From: Trueperaceae bacterium
GTDB lineage: Bacteria > Deinococcota > Deinococci > Deinococcales > Trueperaceae
Length of the DNA: 64,000 nucleotides
NCBI GenBank assembly: GCA_965215565.1
Contig: CBDCDZ010000004.1
Location: 2,208,001-2,272,000 of the forward strand
Reading direction: 5' to 3'
The notes under the pieces: model-generated
Databases searched by the model: none
The model's input: the letters and a program-made list of their open reading frames with translations, nothing else
What the model was told of the DNA's origin: nothing
Position numbers and translations under genes: made by a program
Part shown: positions 63,201-64,000 of the stretch, piece by piece
Position numbering within the stretch: the stretch's first letter is position 1
Layout of the letters: the number at the start of each line of letters is the position of its first letter

Positions 63201-64000
63201 ATGGATTTAGACGCAACCTTATCCCCTATCATCGAACGTTTTTCAGGACGAGTGAGCGTCGCCTTGCAACGCAATTCAGACGGCTTCTCCTACACGCATA
63301 ACGCCACCCAAACGATGAGCGCCGCCAGCCTCATCAAACTGCCCATCCTCGTGGGGACGCTCGAGCAAGTAGCGGGGGGGAGGCTCGAGCTTACGACCCG
63401 CTACGAACTCAAAGAGGAAGAGCAGGTAAGTGGCTCGGGCGTGCTGCACGTGCTCCAGCCGGGACTACTTCTCACCTTACGCGACCTCTTGACCCTCATG
63501 ATCGTCGTCAGCGACAACACCGCGACGAATATGCTCATTGACATTGCAGGGCGAGAGCGCGTGAACGACTTCTGCGGACGCGCCGGGTTGCGCCAGACCT
63601 ACCTCGTCGGCAAGCTGCAACTGCCCGAAGAAAAGCGCAATGAGGAGCAAAGGCGCGGCGGCAATAACGTCACATGTGCGGCGGACGTGCTCGGGCTGCT
63701 GACCTCTTTGCAGCGCGGCGACCTCTTGCCGCCAGAGCTGACGGCGTTAGCCGTAAAGATTCTCAAAAAGCAGCAGTTCACCGAAGCGTTGGCGCGGTAC
63801 TTGCCGACGGACGCGGAACTTCATTCGGACGCCGTGAGCGTCGCGTCGAAGAGCGGGTGCATACGCGGCGTGTGGCACGACGCGGGCGTCGTCTACGACG
63901 CTTCGGACCGCCCTCTTTACACGCTCGTTGTGATGACCTCGGAGTCGGAAGACAGGTCATTCAGCTTCGAGCAGGAGGGGATGCTGCTGATTGCGGAGGT
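63201..64000 (+). CDS. Serine hydrolase, class A beta-lactamase-like (runs off window end)
   Basis: Manual translation: AASLIK (SxxK), VSDNTATN (SDN), KSG; TATCCT upstream of the ATG. Confidence 0.85.
   Translation, partial: MDLDATLSPIIERFSGRVSVALQRNSDGFSYTHNATQTMSAASLIKLPILVGTLEQVAGGRLELTTRYELKEEEQVSGSGVLHVLQPGLLLTLRDLLTLMIVVSDNTATNMLIDIAGRERVNDFCGRAGLRQTYLVGKLQLPEEKRNEEQRRGGNNVTCAADVLGLLTSLQRGDLLPPELTALAVKILKKQQFTEALARYLPTDAELHSDAVSVASKSGCIRGVWHDAGVVYDASDRPLYTLVVMTSESEDRSFSFEQEGMLLIAE

Overview
Chromosomal window from a high-GC bacterium. Gene content (LysW-type lysine pathway, bshC, PEGA/DUF4384 envelope protein) and widespread TAnnnT boxes just upstream of start codons suggest Deinococcota, probably Trueperaceae-like; this is an inference. 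Most of the window is housekeeping and envelope genes: meaB, coaD, hslO, hcs-lysT-lysU-lysW-lysX, mutY, rbfA, guaB, argS, argB, phosphomannomutase, a MarR/double-TolC RND efflux operon, a small polysaccharide cluster, bshC, sixA, aroE, ltaE, trmFO, lycopene cyclase, blh and lysA. An accessory stretch at about 8.6-13.1 kb carries DinB x2, GNAT, SDR, Uma2 and a DUF433/PIN toxin-antitoxin pair. I found no rRNA, tRNA, CRISPR, integrase or transposase. The main signals not explained by the genes are four. (1) Six DnaA boxes lie in 12-bp register inside the sixA coding sequence. (2) The TA module sits on a single CTCGAG-to-CTCGAG fragment that duplicates the 3' end of the neighbouring gene with 10/10 synonymous differences, in a sequence where CTCGAG is strongly over-represented. 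(3) Four copies of a TAGC...GCTA MITE-like element carry nested mini-hairpin modules. (4) A 29-bp duplication creates a 10-aa relay ORF between hcs and lysT. All calls were made by eye, without database searches.
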